DNA of 64,000 nt from an uncultured Candidatus Rokubacteria bacterium. GTDB taxonomy: Bacteria; Methylomirabilota; Methylomirabilia; Rokubacteriales; DASRDR01. The stretch lies in assembly GCA_963708025.1 (NCBI GenBank), contig CAVPSB010000025.1:288001-352000 (forward strand), written 5' to 3'. The notes beneath the pieces are model-generated. The model made no database searches, was not told the origin of the DNA, and worked only from the letters and a program-made list of their open reading frames with translations. A program made the position numbers and the translations under genes. Positions 50,083 to 62,419 of the stretch are shown one piece after another. How positions within the stretch are numbered: position 1 is the first letter of the stretch; each line of letters opens with the position of its first letter.

Positions 50083-51243
50083 ATGGATCGCGCAGGATCG
50101 CTCGCTCGGGTCGTGTCGGTGCTCGCGGTGGCGCTCGCGCTGGCCTGGGGGCCGGCGCTCTCGACCGCCGCCGATGCTCAGCAGGTCATCAAGATCGCGG
50201 CCGGCGTGCCGCTGACCGGCCCGCTGGCCAAGCAGGGCCAGGAGGTCGCGAACGCGGTCAAGCTCGCCGTCGAGCAGTGGAACGCGAAGGGCGGCGTGCT
50301 CGGCAAGAAGATCGAGGTGCTGGAGGCCGACGACCAGGGCAACCCGCAGGTCGGGGTGGCCGCCGCCGAGAAGGTCGCGGCCGATCCGGCCGTCATGGGC
50401 GCGGTGTGGGGCATCACCAGCGTCACGTGCATCCCGGTCTCCGAGGTGCTGGACAAGGTCAACGTCACCCTGATCAGCCCCGGCTGCACCAACCCCAAGG
50501 TGACCGACCGCGGGCTCAAGACCGTCAACCGCGTGTGCGCCCGCGACGACGCCCAGGGCCCGGCCGGCGCCATGTTCGCCGTGCAGGATCTGAAGGCGAA
50601 GAAGATCGCCATCTTCGACGACGGCACCACCGGGCCGAAGGGCGTCGCCGACGAGGTCGAGAAGACGGCCAAGAAGCTCGGGGCCCAGCCGTTCCGCTAC
50701 GTGATCCGCTCGGGCGACAAGGACTTCCGGGCGATCCTCGGCCACCATGCCCAAGGACGTCGACGTGATCTACGCGAGCCTCTGGGCGCCGGACGCGGCC
50801 CTGATCGCCAAGCAGCTGCCCGACGTCGGGCTCGACGTCCGCATGATCGGGCCCGATGGCCATGTACGAGCCGGTGGACTACATCGAGGCCTCGGGCGGC
50901 GCGGCCGAGGGCAACTACGTGACCTTCCTGGCCCCGGACCTGAAGAAGGTCCCGAGCGCGGCCGCGTTCGTCAAGGCGTTCGAGGCCAAGTACGGGCCGG
51001 TCAGCTCGTACGGGCCGCTCGCCTACGAGGCGGCCAACATCATCCTGGAGGCCATCAAGAAGGTCGGCAAGGCCGACCGGGCGGCCGTCCGGGACGCCGT
51101 GCGCGCCACCAAGAACTACCAGGGCATCCTCGGGCGTGCCGATCACCTTCGACGACAAGGGCGACGTGGCCGGCGGCCTGATCTTCGTCTACCAGGTGAA
51201 GGGGGCCGGCTTCGAGCAGATCAAGACCATCGTGGTGAAGTAG
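50083..51243 (+). CDS. Branched-chain amino acid ABC substrate-binding protein (LivK-like; frameshifted)
   Basis: PLTGPLA..G, GGVLGKKIE..DDQ, RDDAQG and YEAANII motifs, in several frames. Confidence 0.85.
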
Positions 51244-51272
51244 CGCCGGCGCTCGCGGCGCGTGGCCGGCCG

Positions 51273-52079
51273 ATGCCGCTTCTCGAGACCTCGGGCCTGT
51301 CGATGGACTTCGGCGGCCTGCGGGCCGTGCACGATCTCGACCTCCGCGTCGCGGAGGGCGAGATCGTCGGCCTGATCGGCCCCAACGGCTCCGGCAAGAC
51401 CACCGTCTTCAACGTCATCACCGGCCTCTACCGGGCGACCGCCGGCCGCGATCCTCTTCGAGACGGGGCCGGCGACGCCCCGATCTGGTCGGGCGCCCGC
51501 CCACGCGATCACCGCGCTCGGCATCGCGCGCACGTTCCAGAACCAGCGGCTGTTCAACCAGATGACCGTGCTGGAGAACGTGCTGGTCGGCATGCACTGC
51601 CGGACCCGGGCGGGGATCGCGGGCATCCTGCTGGGGACTGCCGCGAACGCGCGCCGAGCGCCGCCGGCCGAGGAGCGGGGCGTGGAGCTGCTCGCGTTCT
51701 TCGGCGAGCGCCTGGCGCCGCGCGCCGGGCGGCCGGCCTGGACCCTCTCCTACGCCAACCGGCGGCGCCTGGAGATCGCGCGGGCGCTGGCCACCGAGCC
51801 GCAGCTCCTGCTGCTCGACGAGCCGGCGGCCGGCATGAACCCGACCGAGAAGCGCGAGCTGATGCGCGACATCGAGCGCATCCGCGACGCGCGGCGTCGA
51901 CCATGCTGCTGATCGAGCACGACATGGGGCTGGTGCCGCGGCATCTGCGAGCGCGTCGTGGTGCTCGACCACGGCATCAAGATCGCCGAGGGCAGCTTCG
52001 AGGAGGTGCGGGAGACTCCGGCGGTGCTGGAGGCCTATCTGGCGGCGGCCGGCCGTGGCCCGGGCCTCGCGCGACCGGC

Positions 52080-52085
<6 letters not shown>
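51273..52085 (+). CDS. Branched-chain amino acid ABC ATPase (LivG-like; frameshifted, end approximate)
   Basis: GLIGPNGSGKTT, ARTFQN, LLLLDEPAAGMN and IEHDM motifs. Confidence 0.8.
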
Positions 52086-52822
<737 letters not shown>

Positions 52823-52870
52823 CGAGACTCGGGGGGGGCGGGAGGAGCGCGCAGCTCCCCGCCGACTGAC

Positions 52871-53813
52871 GTGGACGTGCTCCAGATCCTGCCCCAGCAG
52901 CTGGTGTTCGGCCTCGCGCTCGGCACGGTCTACGGGCTGATCGCGCTCGGCTACACGATGGTCTACGGCATCCTGCTCATGATCAACTTCGCCCACGGCG
53001 AGCTGTTCATGATCGGCGCCTACGTGGGCTGGGGGGTGCTGACCTGGCTGATCAACGCCAAGTTCGGCGGCCTGCACCCGGCTGGGTGGTGCCGGTGATG
53101 CTGCTGATGGCGATGTCGTGCTCCGGCCTCCTCGGGCGTGACCCTCGAGCGCTTCGCCTACCGGCCGCTCTACACGCGCGGCGCCACCCGGCTCGGGCCG
53201 CTGATCAGCGCGGTCGGCGCCTCGATCTTCCTGCAGAACGCGGTGATGCTGACCCAGGGCGCGCGCATGAAGGTCTACATGACGAACCTGCTGTTCCCGC
53301 GCAGCTGGTACGTTCAGGTTGGCGGGCGTGCGCATCTCGGCGCTGGTCCTGGTCATGATCTCGGTGGCCGGCCGTCATGATGTGGCGGCTCCACCTGCTG
53401 GTCCAGCGCACGACGCTCGGCCGCTGCGATGCGCGCGGTGGCCGAGGACCGCGAGGTGGCGGCGATCATGGGCGTGAACGTGCGCCGGGTGATCTCGCTC
53501 ACGTTCCTGCTCGGCTCGGCGCTCGGCGGCGCCGCCGGCGTGCTGGTCGGCCTGTACTACACGCAGATCGACTTCTTCATGGGCTACTCGGCCGGGCTGA
53601 AGGCGTTCACCGCCGCGGTGCTCGGCGGCATCGGCAACATCAGGGGCGCGATGCTGGGCGGCCTGGTGCTCGGGCTGATCGAGAGCCTGGCCGTGACCTT
53701 CATCAACCCGGCCTACCGGGACGTGGTCGCCTTCGTGGTGCTGATCCTGGTGCTCGTCTTCCGGCCGACCGGGCTGCTCGGCGAGACCGTGCCGACAGGC
53801 GAACAAGGTCTGA
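52871..53813 (+). CDS. Branched-chain amino acid ABC permease (LivH-like; frameshifted)
   Basis: YGLIALGYTMVYG..INFAHG, MRAVAED and KAFTAAVLGGIG motifs. Confidence 0.85.
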
Positions 53814-54823
53814 TGACGACGCCGGCCCGGCTGGCAGACGGCGCATCGGCCTGGGGCCTCGGCGCGGTGGCGCTCGTCGCGCCGCTGGTCGCGCCGAACG
53901 ACTACTGGATCGGCGTGATGGCCCGCATCTGCCTCTACGCGACGCTGGCGCTCGGGCTCAACGTCGTGGTCGGCTTCGCCGGGCTGCTCGACATCGGCTA
54001 CGTCGCCTTCTTCGGCATCGGCTCGTACCTCTACGCGTTCCTCGCCTCGCCGCACTTCGGCCTGCACCTGCCGTTCCTGCTGGCGCTGCCGATCGTCGTC
54101 GTCGGCCACCGCGCTGTTCGGCATCCTGATCGGCGCGCCGACGCTGCGCCTGCGCGGCGACTACCTCGCCATCGTCACGCTGGGGTTCGGCGAGATCACC
54201 TATCTGCTCCTGCTCAACCTCGACCGGCCCGATCAACATCACCAACGGGCCGAGCGGCATCATCGACATCGATCCGCCGGCGCTGGCCGGCTTCGTCGCT
54301 CGAGCGGCAACACCGCAGTACTACTACCTGTTCCTGGCGGTGCTCGCGCTCGCGCTGCTCGCCTCGGCGCGCCTGCAGCACTCCCGCATCGGCTGGGCCT
54401 GGCAGGCGATCCGCGAGGACGAGCTGGCCGCCCGCGCGATGGGCATCAACACGACGGTGGCGAAGCTGCAGGCCTTCGCCATCGGCGCCTCCTTCGCCGG
54501 CTTCGCCGGCGCGCTTGCTGGCCTCGTGGCAGAAGTCGGTGTTCCCGGAGAACTTCCTGTTCACCGAGTCGATCAACATGCTGCCATGGTCATCATCGGC
54601 GGCATGGGCAACCTGCTCGGCGTGGTGCTCGGCGCGACGCTGATCGTCGCGCTGCCGGAGGTCTTCCGCGAGCTTCCAGGCCTACCGGCTGCTCGTCTTC
54701 GGCCTCATGCTGATGGTGCTGATGATCTTCCGGCCCCAGGGGCTCCTGACCGCCGAGACCGCCCGCGAGCAGGAGGAGCCCGACCTGGCCGCCCCCGAGC
54801 CCGAGCCCACCGCCCGGATCTGA
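53813..54823 (+). CDS. Branched-chain amino acid ABC permease (LivM-like; frameshifted)
   Basis: [36 protein letters not shown] and FRPQGL motifs. Confidence 0.82.
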
Positions 54824-54849
54824 GTTCGTCGAACCGAGGTCCCGAATAT

Positions 54850-55656
54850 TCAGTAAGTCGTGGTGGTTTCGGTGATCCCGGGATCGGGCGTCGCGCCGGG
54901 CGGCTCGCTGCCTTCCCCCGAGGGCGCATCGCCCGCGAGCAGGCCGGCCGCGATCAACCCCCCGGCCACCGCCGCGCCCGCCGCCGACGCGTCGGCGCGA
55001 GGTGCGGCATCCCAGGCGCCGGACGCGCCCGCCCCGCCGAACGTGCCGCCGCGGCCCTCGAAGGGCTCGCCCCGGTCCGGAGAGCGCTCGGAAGGTCGAG
55101 CCGGTCGAGCGGTCGATCCAGCCGCGGTCGTGATCGTCGGTGGGCCGCTGGAGCCCGCCGCGCTCGGCCGCCGGCGGCGGCCGAAGAGCCACTCCCAGAA
55201 GCCGAGCGGCTTCTCCTTCACCTCGAGCTCGTCGCCGGGTCCGACGGCCTGCGCGAGCCGGGGGAGGATGCCGTCCTCCACGCGAAACCCGCCGTCGGTC
55301 GGGCGCAGCCGGCCGTCCTCGCCCGGCGCGCCCCCGTGAAGCGCCAGCGCCAGACGGCCGAAGCTCTCGGCCTGCAGCGCCTCGCCCGACCGGGGCTGGA
55401 AGACCAGCGAGTGGCGGCCGTACTCGTCCCGCGATGCCTCCGGCACGCCCCGGACCTCGCGGAGCCGGTAGGTGCCGAAGGGCGCGTGGCCTCCCGGCCG
55501 CAGCGGGTCGCGCTCCGGGTTGCCGGCCGCGCGCGCGGCCGCCTCATCGGCGGTCAGGCACACCTCGACCGGCCCCAGCCGGCTGCCGTCGTCGAGGAAC
55601 GCCGTGAGCCAGCCCAGGCGCTGCCGCCGGCCATCCACTTCGACGAGCACTCGCAT
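54850..55656 (-). CDS. Hypothetical protein with L,D-transpeptidase/Tlde1-like motif and Gly-rich tail
   Basis: GHAPFGTY..LALHGG..LRPTDGGFRV (Gly where the catalytic Cys is expected); FEGRGGTFGGAGASGAW tail. Confidence 0.6.
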   Translation of the reverse strand: MRVLVEVDGRRQRLGWLTAFLDDGSRLGPVEVCLTADEAAARAAGNPERDPLRPGGHAPFGTYRLREVRGVPEASRDEYGRHSLVFQPRSGEALQAESFGRLALALHGGAPGEDGRLRPTDGGFRVEDGILPRLAQAVGPGDELEVKEKPLGFWEWLFGRRRRPSAAGSSGPPTITTAAGSTARPARPSERSPDRGEPFEGRGGTFGGAGASGAWDAAPRADASAAGAAVAGGLIAAGLLAGDAPSGEGSEPPGATPDPGITETTTTY

Positions 55657-55657
55657 G

Positions 55658-57952
55658 TCATCGACCTCCCCGCAGGGTGGCGAACAGCTCCACGTATCGC
55701 TCGGTCATGCGGTTCATCGAGAACCGCCGGCCGACGCGCCGGCGGCCCCGTCGCGACGCAGTCGCCCGCGCGCTCGGGGGAGGTGAGCGCCTCCAGCAGG
55801 GCGCTGGCGATCGCCGCCGGGCTGGTGTCGGGCACCAGCCAGCCGGTCCGGCGCGGGACGACCAGCTCGCGGGTGCCGCCGCTGTCGTTCGCCACCAGCG
55901 GCACGCCGGCGGCCAGGGCCTCCAGGCAGGCGTTGGGGCAGCCCTGGTCCTCCCCGATGACCACCGCGGCGTCGAAGGCGGCCAGCCGCTCGGGCGCTCC
56001 GGCGTCCGGGCCCAGGAAGAACACCGTGCGGTCCAGGTCGGCGCGCGCGATCGTCAGGAGGTCCCGCGCGTAGCCGGCGTGTCGGGGCTCGGCGCCGCCG
56101 ATGACGTGGAGCTCGGCGCCGGGCAGCCGGCGGCGGAGCAGGACCATCGCGTCCAGGATCTCGCGAAGGAACTTGCTCGGCGCCAGCCGCCCGCTCACCA
56201 CGACCCGGGGCGCCGCCGTCGCGACGAAGCGGGTCCTGGAACGCCGCGGGCAGCCGGACGCCGTTGGGGATGACCAGGTACCGGGCACCCGCGGCGGGCA
56301 GCGCGCCGTCGAACTTGAGCACGAGGCGGTCGAGTCGCCGGACGGTAGTCGGCCTCAGCGTAGGCGACGAGTTGCTGGAAGTCGGCGGTGGCCGCCATCT
56401 CCTTGACCGCCTGGTCGCCGGGGCTCACGTTGACGAGGCGGAGGCCCGGCAGCGCCTCGGCGGCCTTCGCCACCAGCAGCTTCACCTTCGGGTCCACGTT
56501 CCAGAAGACGAGGATCGCCGCGCCTCGGGCGCGCGCCAGGCGGACCAGCGCCTCGGCGTGGTCGAACGCGTCCCGCGAGGCGGCGCTGCGCACGACGTCG
56601 ACGCCCGCCGCGCGGAGCTCGCGGTGGAACGCCGGGCTCGTCGAGTCGCCGGTCACCGCGACCGACAGCGGCTCCCGCCCGCCGAGGCCGGTGGCCAGGT
56701 TGACGAGCGAGCGCTGTGCGCCGCCCGCGTTGAGGTTGGCGGTGACGAACAGCACGTGGCCGGTCGCTCGGTACGGCGCGGCGAGCTGGGCCAGCGTCCA
56801 GAGCCGGTAGGCCGGGAACCCCGCCCAGGCGGGCCGGACCCGCGGCGCGGCCGCCGCCCGGAGGAGCGCCTCCACCCAGGCGCGCCTCCTCGGCCTCGAG
56901 GGGCAGGAGGTGGAGGGCGGCGTGCTCGACCTCGCCCTGGCCCCCGACGCACGAGGCCACGACGGGGAGCCCGGCGGCGAGCGCCTCCAGCGTGGCGATG
57001 CTCAGCCCCTCGTAGCGGCTGGTGTTCAGCAGGACGTCGAAGGCCGGCAGGCAGCGCACCGCGTCCGGCACGAACCCCGGCAGGAGCACGCGCTGGCTCG
57101 AGCCCGTACCGGCGCCGCTGGGCCAGGAGCGCGCTCCACGCCAGCGCGCCGTCCTTGCCGACCGGCCCGCCGAGGATCACGAGGTAGGCCCCGGGGCGTG
57201 TCCCGGAGCAGCTCGGCCACGATGCGCACGGCCCGGGGATAGGCCTTCTGTGGCTTGACACCCCCGACCATGCCCACGACGAGGGCATCGGGCGGGATGC
57301 CCCAGGCCTGCCGCCAGCGCGCGCGGAGCGCCGGGTCGAGCGGCGACGGAGGCGGGGAGGTGACGGATCACGGTGACCCGCCCGGCGTAGCCGGCGGACC
57401 GCAGCTCCGCGGCGGCGGCCGCCGACACGACGACGATCCAGGGCTCGCCCGCGAGGTCCGACGGCGGGTCGGGCCAGCCGGACCGCGCGTTGTGGAGGAC
57501 CGGCACCGGCACCGCGCCGTGCCGCCGCAGCACGCTCGCTGGGCGGCCCCGAGCAGGTGGCAGAGGCACACCGGGTTGGGCGACGCCGCCAGGCTCCGCC
57601 CGAGCGCCGCGAGGGCCCCCTCGTGGTCGCGGAGGCGGCTGACCCGGACGCCCGGCGGGACCGGGTACTCGTGGGCCGCCTCGCCGAGGAGCGCCACGTG
57701 CACCGGATAGCGACCGCCGAGTCGCGCCGCCCAGTCGAGCACGATCCGCTCGGCCCCGCCCAGGGCCAGGGCGGGGAGGAGGACGGTCAGCTCCTCCGGC
57801 GGCAGCGCCGCCAGCGGAGGCTGCTCGCAGCCCTCGCTCGTGACGAGGATCCGGGCCAGCGCGCGCTCGATCGCGGGGTCGCGGGCGGACGCCGGTGCCG
57901 GTCCGGCCGGCGTCGCGAGGTGCGGGAGCCCGCCGTCTGGCGCCGCGCTCAC
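55658..57952 (-). CDS. Tandem GT4-type glycosyltransferase (two GT-B modules; several frameshifts)
   Basis: LALGGAERI..SRYEGLSIATLEALAAG and NLNAGGAQRSL..QGCPNACLEALAAGVP, spread over several frames. Confidence 0.78.
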
Positions 57953-58019
57953 GGTAGCCGAACGTAGCGCACGTGCCGGGCCGGGACAAGCGGCCCCGGT
58001 CAGCCTGCCGTCGGGGCGA

Positions 58020-58568
58020 CTACGGCCAGAGGGTCGCGAGGGTGATCGTGAGGTCGGGGAACGGCGGAAGGCTGGCGGGCCCGCTCCCGGAGACCCGGCC
58101 GGCCAGCGAATACCCGTCGGGCTGGAGGGCGAACGCGTCGATCGTCCGTGCCTCCAGATCCACGAGCCAGAAGAAGGGGACGCCGTGGCGTGCGTAGAGC
58201 TGGTGCTTCGTCCGGCGGTCGATGAGCGTGGTGGCGGGCGACACGATCTCGACGACCAGGGTGGGGGCGCCCTCGATGCCTCGACCGCTGATGGCGCCGA
58301 GCCGCCCCGGCTCGAGGTAGACGAGGTCGGGCTGAACGATCGAGGCCTCGGTCAAGATCACGTCGAGCGGGGCATACAGCACCTCGCCGCTGCCCCGCGA
58401 TCGAACGTGGGCGTCGAGGAGACGGAAGAGGTTCCGGCTGACGATCTGGTGTCGGGGGCTGGGCGCGGGCGTCACTGACAGCTCGCCATCGTGGACCTCG
58501 TACCGGCGGCCGTCGTCGGGTAGCGCCGCATAGTCCTCGTAGCCAAGGGTCAGGTGTCGGGCCGTCAT
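58020..58568 (-). CDS. Uma2 (DUF820) family putative endonuclease
   Basis: LPDDGRRYEVHDG, PSPRHQ, VQPDL, PTLVVEIVSP and K..LYARHGVP motifs. Confidence 0.92.
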   Translation of the reverse strand: MTARHLTLGYEDYAALPDDGRRYEVHDGELSVTPAPSPRHQIVSRNLFRLLDAHVRSRGSGEVLYAPLDVILTEASIVQPDLVYLEPGRLGAISGRGIEGAPTLVVEIVSPATTLIDRRTKHQLYARHGVPFFWLVDLEARTIDAFALQPDGYSLAGRVSGSGPASLPPFPDLTITLATLWP

Positions 58569-58739
58569 GACCGTCGCTCTCCAGGATTGTACCGGGCCGA
58601 TGCCCGGTCAGGCAAACCCGTCCACGACGAACGGCCAGGGCCGGGCTCCGGGGTACGGGAGCCAGGGGGCCAGGATCCGACGGCGTGAGCGCCGGCGGCG
58701 ATGTTGTCCCCCCGAGACCCCCACGCTATCATCCGATCG

Positions 58740-61700
58740 ATGCCGGACGATTCCGCGGCGGCGCGGATCCTCGAGGGCCTGAATCCTGCCCAGGCGGCGG
58801 CCGTCACCCACGACCGGGGGCCCCTCCTCATCGTGGCCGGCGCCGGGACCGGGAAGACCACCGTCCTCACCCGCCGCATCGCCTGGCTGATCGTCACCCG
58901 CCGGGCCCGCCCCGAGGAGATCCTGGCCCTGACCTTCACCGACAAGGCCGCGCTCGAGATGGAAGAGCGCGTCGACGTCCTGGTGCCCTACGGCTTCGCC
59001 GACGTCCGGATCTCGACCTTCCACGCCTTCGGCGACTGGCTCCTCCGCGAGAACGCGCTCGAGGTGGGGCTGACGCCGGCCTTCCGCGTCCTCAACCGGG
59101 CCGAGCAGATCCTGTTCCTGCGGGCCCACCTCTTCGAGCTGCCGCTCCAGCACTACCGCCCGCTCGGCGACCCGACCCGGCACCTCGATGCCCTGGTCGG
59201 CCTGTTCGGGCGCGCCAAGGACGACGACATCTCGCCGGAGGCGTACCTGGCCCATGCAGAAGCGCAGGTGCGCCAGGCCGGGGACGGCGCCGACGACGCG
59301 GAGCGGCGCGAGCGGGCGGCCCGCGACCTGGAGTTGGCCCGGACCTACGCCGCCTACCAGGGCCTGATGGCGCGCGAGGGGCTCGTCGACTTCGGCGACC
59401 AGATCGTCTACGCCCTCCGCCTCTTCCGCGCGCGCCCCTACGTCCGGGCCCACTACCAGCGGCGCTTCCGCTACATCGTCGTCGACGAGTTCCAGGATAC
59501 CAACCACGCCCAGTTCGAGCTGGTCCGGCTCCTGGCGTCGGGCCACCGGAACGTGACCGTGGTGGGGGACGACGACCAGGCCATCTTCCGGTTCCGGGGT
59601 GCCTCGATGCGCAACGTGCTGGATTTCGACCAGGCCTACCCCGACGCCCGCCGGGTCGTGCTCACCGACAACTACCGCTCGGGCCAGCGCCTCCTCGACG
59701 CGGCCTACCGCCTGATTCGCCACAACGATCCGGATCGCCTCGAGGTCGCCCGCCAGATCGACAAGCGGCTGCTCTCGCGCCAGGGCGAGGGGCCGGCGCC
59801 GGTCCACCTCCACTTCGAGACCATGACGCAGGAGGCGGACGCGGTGGCCGGGAAGATCGCCGAGCTGGTGGATGGCGGGGAGTGCCGGTACGGCGACGTC
59901 GCGATCCTCGTCCGCTCCAACAACGAGGCCGACCCCTTTCTGCGGTCACTCAACATGCGCGGCATCCCGTGGACCTTCTCCGGGAACCAGGGGCTCTACG
60001 GCCGCCCGGAGGTCCGCCTGCTCATCGCCTTCCTCCGGGTGCTCGCCCATCCCGACGACGGCGTGAGTCTCTTCGTCCTGGCCGCCTCGACGCTCTACGG
60101 CGTGCCGGCCGTCGACCTGACCCGCTGCAGCACGGTCGCCGAGCGGCGGCACCGCTGGCTGTTCGACGTCCTCCGCGGGCTCGACGCGCTGCCCGACGTG
60201 CGGGAGGCCGTCTCACCCGAAGGCGCGGACGCCATCGGGCGCCTCGTCAAAGACCTCGAGCGCTACATGCAGCTCGCCGCCGAGCTGCCGGCCGGCGAGC
60301 TGCTGTACCGGTTCCTCGAGGACTCCGGCTGGCTCGCCCGGATGTCGAAGGCCGCCACCGTCCGGGAGGAGGCCGAGGTCCAGAACGTCGCGAAGTTCTT
60401 CCGCCGGCTCCAGGAGGCGACCGCCGTGCTCCGATCGGATCGGGTGCGCGAGTTCGTGAGTCACCTGGACGCGCTGATCGAGGCCGGCGAGGATCCGGCG
60501 GTCGCCGAGGCCGAGCAGGACGTTCCCGCCGTCCACGTGCTGACCGTCCACAAGGCGAAGGGGCTCGAGTTCCCCGTCGTGTTCGTGGTCGGGCTGGTCC
60601 AGGGCCGCTTTCCGTGGCCCCAGCGCGGCGAGCTCCTGGAGCTGCCCGACGGGCTGGTGCCGGAGCGGGCGACCGCCGCCGAGCTCGAGCGTCCGCCGGC
60701 GCCCGGAGGCCGTGAGCCGCGGGCGATGCGGGAGGCGGGCGCCGACCGGCACCTCCAGGAGGAGCGGCGGCTCTTCTACGTCGCGATGACCCGCGCCACC
60801 CGCGCCCTCTACCTCACCTCGGCGCGCGACTACGGCGGCAAGCGGGAGCGCAAGGTGAGCCAGTTCGTCCTGGAGGCGCTCGACCTGCCGCGGGACGCGG
60901 CCCGGCCCTACCGGAGCACGGCGCTGGAGGAGCTGCGCCGGATCGCGGCGCCGCCTCCGGCCGTCGAGCCGCCCTTCGACCCCGAGCCGCCGCTCCCGCC
61001 CGACGCCCCGCTCGAGCTCTCGCACAGCCAGATCGACGACTACCAGACGTGCCCCCTCAAGTACCGCTACATCCAGATCCTCCGGGTGCCGATCCGCCGG
61101 CACCACGCCGTGGTGTACGGGGAGGCGCTCCACCGGGTCGTCGAGCACTACCTGCGCCGGCGCGCCGCCTCGCTCTACACGCCGCTCGAGGACCTGCTGG
61201 ACACCTTCGAGCGGGAGTGGCGGAACGAGGGCTTCCTCACCTGGGCTCACGAGGCGGCCCGGAAGGAGGCGGGGCGGGCCGCGCTCACCCGGTTCTGGCA
61301 CGAGGAGGAGGCGTCGGGAGGGAAGCCAACGTGGATCGAGAAGGAGTTCGGCTTCACGCTCGGCCCCGATCGCGTGCGGGGGCGCTGGGATCGGGTGGAC
61401 GAGGCCGACGGGAGCGGCGGTGATCGTGGACTACAAGTCGTCCGACGTCCGCCAGCCGGAGCAGGCGGACCGCCGGGCCGCCGAGAGCCTCCAGCTCGCG
61501 ATCTACGCCCTGGCCTGGCGCGAGATGTTCGGCCGGCTCCCGGACCGGGTCGAGCTGCGCTTCCTGGAGTCGGGAGTGGTCGGCCGCCACGCCCCGACGG
61601 AGGAGGATGCGGCCGAGGCGGCGGAGGCGGTCCGGGCGGCCGGCGCCGGCATTCGGGCGCGCCGCTTCGAGGCGACGCCCTCGTTCCAGGCCTGCCGCTT

Positions 61701-61746
61701 CTGCGCCTACAACCAGGTGTGCCCGTACACGGCCACCCGGGAGTAG
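58740..61746 (+). CDS. UvrD/PcrA-type SF1 helicase fused to a C-terminal PD-(D/E)XK nuclease with Fe-S cysteines (frameshift near 61420)
   Basis: AGAGTGKT, VDEFQD, GDDDQAIFRFRGA, TVHKAKGLEF, EERRLFYVAMTRA; YQTCPLKY..GRWDRVD..VDYKS..QLAIYAL..CRFCAYNQVC. Confidence 0.9.
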
Positions 61747-61774
61747 CTGCTACAATGCGGGCCAGAGGCGGGTC

Positions 61775-62335
61775 ATGACGGTCACGCTGACGAAGCGGCG
61801 GTTCACGGTCGACGAGTACCACCTGATGGCGCAGGCGGGCATCCTCTCCGAGGACGATCGCGTGGAGCTGATCCGGGGGGAGGTCGTCGAGATGACACCG
61901 ATCGGACGACGCCATGCGGGGGCCGTTGACCGGCTCACTCGGCTGTTCACCTCGGCGCTCGGCGAGCGGGCCATCGTCCGGGTGCAGAACCCGGTGCCGG
62001 TCAGTGCCGACTCGGAGCCCCAGCCCGACCTGGCCCTGCTCCGGCCGTCGCCCGACTTCTACGTCGAGACGCCGCTCGGTCCCGAGGAGGTCCTCCTGGT
62101 CATCGAGGTGGCGGACACGTCGGCGCCGAGCGATCGCGCCGTCAAGGTCCCGCTCTACGCCGAGGCCGGCATTCGCGAGGCCTGGCTCGTAGACCTGGCC
62201 GCCGGTCGCGTCGAGGTGTACCGGGGGCCGGGACCCGGAGGCTACCGGGAACGCCTCGCGCTCGTGCGCGGCCAGCGAGTCGCCCCGGACGCCTTCCTCG
62301 ACGTCATCCTGACGATCGACGCCATCCTCGGCTGA
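61775..62335 (+). CDS. Uma2 (DUF820) family putative endonuclease
   Basis: RRFTVDEYHLM..GIL..DRVELIRGE, SEPQPD, VIEVADTS and KVPLYAEAGI motifs. Confidence 0.92.
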   Translation: MTVTLTKRRFTVDEYHLMAQAGILSEDDRVELIRGEVVEMTPIGRRHAGAVDRLTRLFTSALGERAIVRVQNPVPVSADSEPQPDLALLRPSPDFYVETPLGPEEVLLVIEVADTSAPSDRAVKVPLYAEAGIREAWLVDLAAGRVEVYRGPGPGGYRERLALVRGQRVAPDAFLDVILTIDAILG

Positions 62336-62419
62336 CCCCGCGGCCCTCCTCGGGCTTCCATCACCACCGTCCGGCGGCTTCTCGCAACCATCCGTTCCGG
62401 CCGCGCGGCCGAATGAAGC

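Noticed and set aside
46350-50084. 1244-aa ORF and other long Arg/Pro/Gly-rich alternative-frame or antisense ORFs
   Set aside because: High-GC shadow frames that chain out-of-frame segments with real gene fragments
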